Assembly: GCA_009783295.1 (NCBI GenBank)
Contig: WRHK01000006.1
Span: 20,813-84,812, forward strand
Source: Promicromonosporaceae bacterium
Lineage (GTDB): Bacteria > Actinomycetota > Actinomycetes > Actinomycetales > Cellulomonadaceae
Direction: 5' to 3'
DNA length: 64,000 nucleotides
The notes under the pieces are model-generated. The model was not told the DNA's origin, did not search any database, and saw only the letters and a program-made list of their open reading frames with translations. This document shows, one piece after another, positions 56,573 through 64,000 of the stretch; position 1 is the stretch's first letter, and each line of letters starts with the position of its first letter. Position numbers and translations under genes: made by a program.

Positions 56573-57760
56573 ATGACGTCCCCCCAGGCTCTGCGCGGCC
56601 GCCTCGTCCTGCCCGACGCCGTCGTCGAGGACGGCGTCCTCGCCTTCGACGGCGACCGCATCGCCTACGCCGGGCCTGCCGCCGGCGCCGCCGTGGACGT
56701 GCCGCCGGCTGCCCCCGGGACCACCCTGCTGCCAGGCCTGGTGGACGTGCACAACCACGGCGGCGGGGGAGCGAGCTTCCCGGACGCCTCGACCGCCGAG
56801 CAGGCCCGCGTCGCGATCCGCGAGCACCTGGCCCAGGGCACCACGACGATGCTCGCCTCCCTGGTCACGGCGGGCCGCGGCACGCTGCTCGCGCGGGCCG
56901 AGCTGCTGGGCGCGCTGGCCGACGCGGGGGAGATCGCGGGCATCCACGCCGAGGGGCCGTTCCTGTCGTACGAGCGTCGCGGCGCCCAGAGCCCCGACCA
57001 CCTGGTGGCGGGCGACGCCGCCCTGGTCCGGGACCTGGTGGCGGCGTCGGGCGGCCACCTGCGGTCGATGACGGTCGCGCCCGAGGTGCCCGGCGTCGCG
57101 GGCCCGGGCGGGGCGGCCGAGGCGCTCATCGCGGCCGGCGCCGTGCCTTCGCTGGGGCACACGTCGGGCACGGCGGAGCAGGCGGAGGCGCTCATCGCCC
57201 AGGTGGCGCCAGCCCTGCGCGAGCGGGGTCTCGAGATGACGGCGACGCACCTGTTCAACGGCATGCCGCCCCTGCACCACCGCGCGCCGGGCCCCGTCGC
57301 GGCGTGCCTGGCGGCCGCCGCGCGGGGCGACCTGGTTGCCGAGCTGGTGGCCGACGGCGTGCACCTGGCCCCGGCGACCATCCGCTCGGTGGTCGAGATG
57401 CTGGGCGCCGACCGGGTCGCCCTGGTCACCGACGCGATGGCCGCCGCGGGCATGCCCGACGGCGACTACGTGCTCGGCCCCATGGCCGTCACGGTGGCGG
57501 ACGGCGTCGCCCGCCTCACGGAGGGCGGCTCGATCGCGGGCGGCACGTCGCGCCTGGTCGACGTCGTGCGCACCACGGTCGCGGCCGGGGTGCCGCTCGC
57601 CGACGCCGTGCGTGCGGCGTCGTGGGTCCCGGCGCGGGCGCTCGGGCTACGCGACGTGGGCGGCCTCGTGGCGGGCCGCCGGGCGGACGTCGTCGTCACG
57701 GACGGCGACCTGCGCGTCGTGCGGGTGCTGCGGGCGGGCCAGGTCCTCGCGGGGGACTGA
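56573..57760 (+). CDS. nagA: N-acetylglucosamine-6-phosphate deacetylase
   Basis: PGLVDVHNHG, HAEGPF, THLFNGM, ADGVH, LVTDAM. Confidence 0.9.
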   Translation: MTSPQALRGRLVLPDAVVEDGVLAFDGDRIAYAGPAAGAAVDVPPAAPGTTLLPGLVDVHNHGGGGASFPDASTAEQARVAIREHLAQGTTTMLASLVTAGRGTLLARAELLGALADAGEIAGIHAEGPFLSYERRGAQSPDHLVAGDAALVRDLVAASGGHLRSMTVAPEVPGVAGPGGAAEALIAAGAVPSLGHTSGTAEQAEALIAQVAPALRERGLEMTATHLFNGMPPLHHRAPGPVAACLAAAARGDLVAELVADGVHLAPATIRSVVEMLGADRVALVTDAMAAAGMPDGDYVLGPMAVTVADGVARLTEGGSIAGGTSRLVDVVRTTVAAGVPLADAVRAASWVPARALGLRDVGGLVAGRRADVVVTDGDLRVVRVLRAGQVLAGD

Positions 57761-59002
57761 GGAGGGCTGCGCGGCGAGCAGGCTCCGCAGCGACCGGAAG
57801 CCGAGCAGCCCCGCGATCACCACCACGAGCAGCGCGCCGCTGACGACCAGCAGCGACTCGACCGAGACGTGGTCCGCGAGCGGGCCCATCACGCCCATGG
57901 CCAGCGACATGGACACCGACGTGATGATGCTGACCAGGCCGAACACGCGGCCCATCATCGTGGGGTCCACGGTCTGCTGCAGCATCGTGAACTCGGGGAT
58001 GGTGATGGCCGAGAAGGCCGTGGCCACGGCGAACACGAGCGCGAGATAGAGCCACATGTTCCCGGCGAGGCCCAGGGCGATCGTCAGCACGCCGGTGAGC
58101 ACGAGCGCCCCGACGATGATCCGCAGGTGTCGCTTGAGCCGGTGGCCGATCGCCGCCATCGTGAGGCCGGCGAGCAGCGAGCCCGCCGCCCAGAACATCT
58201 CGTTGGCCGTCAGGCGCCACACGTCCGGGCCGAACGTGCGGGCCATCATGAGCGGCGTGAGGAACGCGGGGGCGGCGGCCATGGCCATCGCGACCGCGTA
58301 GACGAGCATGAGCCATCGCACCGTCTGGTGCCTGGCCACGTAGCGCAGGCCGACGCGCAGGTCGCAGAGAACGCGCAGGCCGCCCGCGGGCTGCTCGGCG
58401 TCGGCGTCGTCGGCCACGACGCGCACCGTGGGCAGGAACGCGAGGAACAGCACGGCCGCGAGCGAGGCGCCGACGTCCACGAGGAAGATCGGCACCAGGC
58501 CGATGTTCTCGTAGAACGCGCCCGCGAACAGCGGCGCGATCAGCATCGCGGCGGAGCCGATCGACTCGCTGATGCCGTTGATGCGCATGAGCTGCCCCGT
58601 GGGGACGAGCCCGGGGATGATCGCGTTGGCCGCGGGCTGCAGCACGCCCTGCAGCGCGGAGCGCACGGCCATCGTCAGGTAGAAGACCCAGAGGGCCTCG
58701 ATGCCGGCGTGGAGCATCAGCGCGAGGGTCAGCGTGCTGACGGCGGTGCCCACGTTGGCGCCGATGAGCAGCGCCTTGCGGTTGTACCGGTCGGCCCAGG
58801 AGCCGCCGTACAGCGACACGAGCGCCTGCGGCATCATGCCGAAGACGATGACGGCCATCATCACGGCGCCCGACTGCGTGCGCAGGGTCAGGTGCCACAT
58901 GACGGCGAAGCTGACCAGCATCGAGCCGAGCGTCGTGGCCGACTGCCCGGCGAGGAAGATGCTGATGTTCCGCTTCCACGCGGGCATGACACGGTCACTC
59001 AT
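57647..59002 (-). CDS. MFS efflux transporter (DHA3/MefA-like)
   Basis: GSWADRYNRK motif A, 12 hydrophobic segments, MMGRVFG. Confidence 0.85.
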   Translation of the reverse strand: MSDRVMPAWKRNISIFLAGQSATTLGSMLVSFAVMWHLTLRTQSGAVMMAVIVFGMMPQALVSLYGGSWADRYNRKALLIGANVGTAVSTLTLALMLHAGIEALWVFYLTMAVRSALQGVLQPAANAIIPGLVPTGQLMRINGISESIGSAAMLIAPLFAGAFYENIGLVPIFLVDVGASLAAVLFLAFLPTVRVVADDADAEQPAGGLRVLCDLRVGLRYVARHQTVRWLMLVYAVAMAMAAAPAFLTPLMMARTFGPDVWRLTANEMFWAAGSLLAGLTMAAIGHRLKRHLRIIVGALVLTGVLTIALGLAGNMWLYLALVFAVATAFSAITIPEFTMLQQTVDPTMMGRVFGLVSIITSVSMSLAMGVMGPLADHVSVESLLVVSGALLVVVIAGLLGFRSLRSLLAAQPSSVPREDLARPQHPHDAQVAVRDDDVRPAARHEAAHVA

Positions 59003-59139
59003 GGAGAGGGGGGTTCACCTTCGTCGATGGGCTGTTCGCCCAGGCGGATCCGCAGATCCTAGGGATGCGGGGTGCCTGGTCCGGGGTGCTCGTCCGAGAT
59101 GGATCCGACTCCTGTCCGCCCGGAGGTGGGTGCGACCCC

Positions 59140-59206
59140 TTGACGTCGAAGCGCTTCGACACTACTTTCGTCCCCAGGTCGAAGCGCTTCGACGAAGCGC
59201 TTCGAC
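59140..59206 (+). promoter_or_regulatory. Promoter (TTGACG-N17-TACTTT) with three LacI-type operators
   Basis: GTCGAAGCGCTTCGAC at 59145-59160 and 59178-59193, near-copy GACGAAGCGCTTCGAC at 59191-59206. Confidence 0.85.
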
Positions 59207-59250
59207 AACCACAGGTGACGACGACGTAACCAGCCACGGGGAGGTGGACG

Positions 59251-60285
59251 GTGGCCACGATGCAGGACGTCGCGACTCTCGCGAAGGTCTCGCTGAGCAC
59301 GGTGTCGTACGCGCTGTCCGGCACCCGTCCGGTGTCGGCTGCGACGCGCGAGCGCATCGAGGCGGCGATGACCGAGCTGGGGTTCCAGCCCAACGCCGCA
59401 GCCCGCAGCCTCGCCTCGCGCCGCTCCAACGTGCTCGCCCTCGTCTACCCGGCCGTCGAGCGGGGCCTCGGCGGCACCGTCGCGGAGTTCGTCGACTCGG
59501 CCGCGCAGGTCGCCCGCGAGCACGGCTACCACCTGGTGCTCTGGCCGTTCCGCACGTCGCAGGCGGAGGAGATCCTCGACCTGGTGCGCCAGGGCATGGC
59601 CGCGGGCGTGCTGGTCATGGACGTCGCGCTCGACGACGACCGCGTCCGCATGCTCCAGGAGTCGGGCGCCCCGTACACGATGATCGGCCGCACGCGGGAG
59701 CTCGAGGGCCGCCCGTGGGTCGACATCGACTTCGAGCGCACGGCCGACGACGCCGTGCAGTACCTCGCCGACCTGGGCCACCGTCACATCGCCTTCCTGA
59801 ACCACTCCGAGCAGTCCGCCGCGGAGGGGTACGCCCCGACGTTCCGCGCGGACGACGGCTACGCCGTCGCGATGACCCGGCGCGGGCTCACGCCCGTGGC
59901 CGTGCACTGCGGCGAGACCCCCAACGCCGGGCGCGCCGCCGCCGCGGAGCTGCTCGACGCGGAGCCGCGGCTGTCGGCGGTCATCACCATGAACGAGTAC
60001 GCGACGTTCGGTGTGGTCGCCGAGCTCCAGCGGCGGGGCCTCAGCGTGCCGGACGACGTCTCGATCCTCTCGATCGTGTCGTCCCCGGGGGTCGGCGAGA
60101 TGTCCAACCCCCCGCTCACCACGATGCACGCACCCGGGGCCGAGCTTGGCCGCCAGGGCGTGCTCCGCCTGCTCTCCGTCATCGCGGACGGGACGCCCGA
60201 CCTGCCCCAGGTCCTGGTCCCGTGCTCCCTCGAAGAGGGCGGCACCGTCTCTCGCGCCCGGTCGCCACGACCGGCGCTCGACTAG
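59251..60285 (+). CDS. LacI-family transcriptional regulator
   Basis: TMQDVATLAKVSLSTVSYAL HTH, hinge ARSLA. Confidence 0.95.
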   Translation: MATMQDVATLAKVSLSTVSYALSGTRPVSAATRERIEAAMTELGFQPNAAARSLASRRSNVLALVYPAVERGLGGTVAEFVDSAAQVAREHGYHLVLWPFRTSQAEEILDLVRQGMAAGVLVMDVALDDDRVRMLQESGAPYTMIGRTRELEGRPWVDIDFERTADDAVQYLADLGHRHIAFLNHSEQSAAEGYAPTFRADDGYAVAMTRRGLTPVAVHCGETPNAGRAAAAELLDAEPRLSAVITMNEYATFGVVAELQRRGLSVPDDVSILSIVSSPGVGEMSNPPLTTMHAPGAELGRQGVLRLLSVIADGTPDLPQVLVPCSLEEGGTVSRARSPRPALD

Positions 60286-60355
60286 CAGAACCCGGCTGCG
60301 GACCGCGCCACGGGGCTCCCTGCCCCCCGGTCTGCGCTCGACAAGGAGGAACGCA

Positions 60356-61684
60356 ATGAAGCGCACCCGCACGGCGGCCATCGTCGCCGCGATCGCGTCG
60401 CTGCCGCTGGCACTCTCGGCCTGCGTCGGCGGCGGGAGCTCGGGGGGAGGGTCGACCGCGGGGGCGGCCGACACCGACACCAAGACCCTGACCATCTGGC
60501 ACTACGAGTCCGACGACTCCGCCATGGGCAAGGCCTGGAACAAGGCCATCGACATCTTCAAGGAGAAGCACCCGGGCGTCACCGTCAAGGTGGAGCACCA
60601 GACGTTCGAGGCGATCCAGAAGAACGCCAAGATCGTGCTCACCGGCAAGGACGTGCCGGACGTCATGGAGTACAACAAGGGCAACGCGACGGCCGGCCAG
60701 CTCGCCTCGCAGGGCCTGCTCACCCCGCTGACCGACGTCGCGACGTCGAAGGGCTGGGACAAGAAGATCGTCGGCTCGCTGCAGACCACCGCCAAGTACG
60801 ACGACAAGGGCCTCATGGGCTCGGGCGAGTGGTACGGCGTGCCCAACTACGGCGAGTTCGTCGACGTCTACTACAACAAGAAGATGTTCGCCGACGCCGG
60901 CGTGCAGGTGCCGACCACGCTCGCGCAGTTCGAGGACGTCATGAAGACGTTCAAGGACAAGGGCGTCACGCCCCTGGCGACCGCGGGCTCCGAGTACCCG
61001 CTGGGCCAGCTCTGGTACGAGCTGGTGCTCAACAACGCCGACCGCAGCTTCGTGGACAACTACCAGCTGTTCAAGAACGACGTCGACTTCCACGGCCCGG
61101 AGATGACGAAGGCGACCGAGACGCTGAACCAGTGGGTCAAGGACGGGTACGTCTCGAAGGACGCCGCCGGCCTCAAGGCCGAGGACATGGGCGTCTCGTT
61201 CATCAACGGCACCGCGCCGATGATGGTGTCCGGCTCGTGGTGGTTCGGCCGCCTGCAGACCGAGATGAAGGACGACTGGGGCCAGTTCCTGTTCCCCGGC
61301 AACAAGCTCCAGCCGGGCTCGTCGGGCAACATCTGGGTGGTGCCCGCCCACGCCAACTCGAAGTCGCTGGCCGAGGACTTCATCGACATCACGCTGAGCC
61401 CCGAGGTGCAGCAGGTGCTCGCGGACAACGGCGGCCTGCCCGTGGCCGGTGACGTCTCCAAGATCACCGACCCGCAGACCAAGGAGCTCACGCAGAACTT
61501 CCAGAACATCCTGGACGCGGACGGCCTGGCGTACTACCCCGACTGGCCCGTCGCCGGGTTCTACGACGTGCTGGTGAGCCAGTTCCAGTCGCTGGTCAAC
61601 CAGTCGAAGACGCCGGCCCAGGTGCTCGACGGCCTCAAGGCGCCGTACGAGTCGGGCAAGGCCGACCTGCTGGGCACGCCGTGA
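60356..61684 (+). CDS. Carbohydrate ABC substrate-binding lipoprotein
   Basis: Lipobox LSAC, family-1 SBP pattern (VYYNKKMF); AGGAGG RBS. Confidence 0.9.
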   Translation: MKRTRTAAIVAAIASLPLALSACVGGGSSGGGSTAGAADTDTKTLTIWHYESDDSAMGKAWNKAIDIFKEKHPGVTVKVEHQTFEAIQKNAKIVLTGKDVPDVMEYNKGNATAGQLASQGLLTPLTDVATSKGWDKKIVGSLQTTAKYDDKGLMGSGEWYGVPNYGEFVDVYYNKKMFADAGVQVPTTLAQFEDVMKTFKDKGVTPLATAGSEYPLGQLWYELVLNNADRSFVDNYQLFKNDVDFHGPEMTKATETLNQWVKDGYVSKDAAGLKAEDMGVSFINGTAPMMVSGSWWFGRLQTEMKDDWGQFLFPGNKLQPGSSGNIWVVPAHANSKSLAEDFIDITLSPEVQQVLADNGGLPVAGDVSKITDPQTKELTQNFQNILDADGLAYYPDWPVAGFYDVLVSQFQSLVNQSKTPAQVLDGLKAPYESGKADLLGTP

Positions 61685-62625
61685 CCTCGTCGTCCAGCAC
61701 CACCGTGGTCCGGCCGCGTAGGCGGCCGGCCCGGTGGGTCGGGTACCTGCCGTACCTGATCCCCGGGGTCGTGGCGTTCGTCCTGGTCATCGGGTACCCG
61801 CTGGTGACCAACGTGTACATCTCGTTCTACTCGTGGCGGGGTGGCGACACCCCGCTGCGGTGGGTCGGGCTGGGCAACTACCAGGCGCTGCTGCACGACA
61901 CCGCGTTCTGGACCTCGTTCCGCAACTCCGTCGCGATGATCGTGGCGATGGTGATCGTCCCGACGGCGATCGGCCTGGTGCTCGCCGCCGTGCTGTTCGA
62001 CTACATCGGGCGCAAGTTCGGCGGCCGCGCGGCGGCGGTGCTGCGCGCGTCGTACTACCTGCCGCAGATCCTCCCGGTCGCCGTCGCCGGCGTGCTGTGG
62101 AACTGGATCCTCAACGCCGAGACCGGCGCGCTCAACGTGATCCTCAAGGGGTTCGGCGTCACCGACCCGCCCAACTGGCTGGGGTCGACGTCGCTCGCCC
62201 TGCCGAGCGTGATGCTCGTGCTCATCTGGGTGCAGATCGGCTACCCGGTGGTGATCTTCATGTCGGCGCTCCAGCGCGTCGACCCGGAGCTCTACGAGGC
62301 GGCCGAGCTGGACGGCGCGGGCTGGGCCCGGCGCTTCCGCGCCATCACCATCCCGCAGATCCGGCCGGAGACGTTCGTGGTGGTGCTGACCTGCACCGTC
62401 GCGGCGCTCAAGGTGTTCGCGCCCATCTACGTGCTGACGCGTGGCGGCCCCGAGAGCTCGACCCTCGTGCCGAGCTACTACTCGTACCTGAACTTCTTCG
62501 ACAAGTCGAAGGTCGGGTACGGCGCCGCCGTCGCCACCGTGCTGACGCTCGTGATCGTCGTGGTCGCCGGCATCATCCTCGGCCTGCAGTCCCGGGCCGA
62601 GCGTCGTGAGAGGGAGAACCGCTGA
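61681..62625 (+). CDS. Carbohydrate ABC permease
   Basis: EAA motif LYEAAELDGA. Confidence 0.92.
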   Translation: MTSSSSTTVVRPRRRPARWVGYLPYLIPGVVAFVLVIGYPLVTNVYISFYSWRGGDTPLRWVGLGNYQALLHDTAFWTSFRNSVAMIVAMVIVPTAIGLVLAAVLFDYIGRKFGGRAAAVLRASYYLPQILPVAVAGVLWNWILNAETGALNVILKGFGVTDPPNWLGSTSLALPSVMLVLIWVQIGYPVVIFMSALQRVDPELYEAAELDGAGWARRFRAITIPQIRPETFVVVLTCTVAALKVFAPIYVLTRGGPESSTLVPSYYSYLNFFDKSKVGYGAAVATVLTLVIVVVAGIILGLQSRAERRERENR

Positions 62626-63512
62626 TGGCCACGCTCACCGCGCCCGTGTCGGCGCCCTCGGTCCAGCAGTCGCGTCCCGACCGGCGGCACCGCCGCGGCG
62701 CCGTGCGCTGGGTGGTGCTCGCGCTGGCGATCCTCGTCGCGCTCGCCATGCTGTCGCCGTTTGTGATCATGCTGCTCAACGCGGTCAAGCCGCCGGCGGA
62801 GTACTCGCAGAACGGCCCGCTGAGCATCCCGACGCACATCTACCTCGACGGGCTCAAGAACTTCTGGACCCGCACCGACTTCACGCTCAAGCTCTGGAAC
62901 TCGGTGTTCATCTCCGGGGTGGTGGCCGTCGCCGGCACCGGGCTGTCGCTGCTGAACGCGTACGCGATCGGCATCGGCCGCGTGAAGGGGCGGCTGTGGA
63001 TCGTCTCGCTGTTCCTGCTGGCGAACATGCTGCCGCAGGAGGCGATCATCTACCCGCTGTTCGACATGGCCCAGAAGGTGGGCCTGTCGGACTCGCAGTG
63101 GTCGGTGATCATCATCTTCACGGTCATCCAGTCGGCGTTCGGCACCTACCTGCTCGCCTCCGTGCTGGGCACGTTCCCGCCGGCGCTGCTCGAGGCGGCC
63201 GCGCTCGACGGCGCCGGGCGCTGGCGCATCCTGTGGCGGGTCGTGTTCCCGATCGTGCGCCCCACGCTCGCCGTGCTGATGATCTTCTTCTTCATCTGGA
63301 CGTGGAACGAGTTCTTCATCCCGCTCGTGTTCCTGACCAGCACCGACACCCAGACCGTGCCGATCGCGCTCGCGTCGCTGCAGGGCGACCGCCTCATGGA
63401 CGTCCCCACCACGAACGCCGGCGCCCTCGTGTCGCTGCTCCCCGCGCTGGTCTTCTTCCTGATCTTCCAGCGCACCCTGACCCGCGGCGTCACGGCCGGC
63501 TCGGTCAAGTGA
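62625..63512 (+). CDS. Carbohydrate ABC permease
   Basis: EAA motif LLEAAALDGA, WTWNEF. Confidence 0.92.
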   Translation: MATLTAPVSAPSVQQSRPDRRHRRGAVRWVVLALAILVALAMLSPFVIMLLNAVKPPAEYSQNGPLSIPTHIYLDGLKNFWTRTDFTLKLWNSVFISGVVAVAGTGLSLLNAYAIGIGRVKGRLWIVSLFLLANMLPQEAIIYPLFDMAQKVGLSDSQWSVIIIFTVIQSAFGTYLLASVLGTFPPALLEAAALDGAGRWRILWRVVFPIVRPTLAVLMIFFFIWTWNEFFIPLVFLTSTDTQTVPIALASLQGDRLMDVPTTNAGALVSLLPALVFFLIFQRTLTRGVTAGSVK

Positions 63513-63549
63513 CCCACCCGCACCTCCCGACTGAGGAATCGCCCCGCTC

Positions 63550-64000
63550 ATGAAGTTCACCGACGGCTACTGGCAGGTCCGCCCAGGAGTCCACCCGCTC
63601 TACGCGGTCGAGGTCGACGACGTCCGCGTCGACCCCGCCGCCGGGACGATGACGGTCTACGCGCCGACCGCGCACATCGCCCACCGCGGCGACACCCTCA
63701 ACCGGCCGATGCTCACGGTCACCTACGCGGCCCCGGCCCCGGGCGTCGTCAAGGTCACCGTGGAGCACCACGCCGGCGCGGCGCGCCGCGGCCCGGACTT
63801 CGCCGTCACGGGCCAGGAGGGCTTTGTCCCGGCGGTGCGCGTGGACGACGACGAGGCGGTGCTCGACGCCGACGGGCTCGTGGTCCGCGTCGCGACGTCG
63901 GGCCGCTGGCGGGTCGACTTCGAGCAGGACGGCCGGGTGTCGACGTCGTCGCTGCCCAAGTCGGTGGGCGCGATGACGTCCGACGGGACGAGCGAGCTCC
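63550..64000 (+). CDS. yicI: Alpha-xylosidase, GH31 (5' part, runs off window)
   Basis: MKFTDGYWQVRPGV...RGDTLN.PMLT N-terminus typical of YicI-like enzymes. Confidence 0.85.
   Translation, partial: MKFTDGYWQVRPGVHPLYAVEVDDVRVDPAAGTMTVYAPTAHIAHRGDTLNRPMLTVTYAAPAPGVVKVTVEHHAGAARRGPDFAVTGQEGFVPAVRVDDDEAVLDADGLVVRVATSGRWRVDFEQDGRVSTSSLPKSVGAMTSDGTSEL

Overview
High-GC actinobacterial chromosome segment. Gene content and order suggest a Micrococcales organism, probably Promicromonosporaceae/Cellulomonadaceae-like (inference). Most of the window is core genome in familiar order: hisN-rsgA-aroA and sigR-rsrA with the tiny ribosomal protein bL37; kgd with a two-component pair; paired CNNM/HlyC genes; a prpDBC methylcitrate operon; tRNA-Arg(CCG); argS-lysA-hom-thrC-thrB-rho; rpmE-prfA-prmC-tsaC-wecA; the atp operon; nucS; nagA; and a LacI-controlled sugar ABC/alpha-xylosidase locus cut by the window end. 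The most notable observations are five. (1) A 1341-bp IS5-family element whose inverted repeats enclose a lower-GC passenger gene, inserted in a CTAG that supplied the stop codons of two convergent genes. (2) An ECF sigma / putative anti-sigma / surface-protein trio in which the latter two share a GIEP(A)IS motif and a similar C-terminal anchor. (3) A two-promoter, two-start architecture for sigR. (4) A 17-bp duplication creating a 5-codon minigene between aroA and rsgA. (5) A TsaC/Sua5 with a substituted SxN motif. Several regulator operators can be read directly from the sequence. No CRISPR array, rRNA or prophage was seen. Start positions and family calls come from manual reading without database searches.
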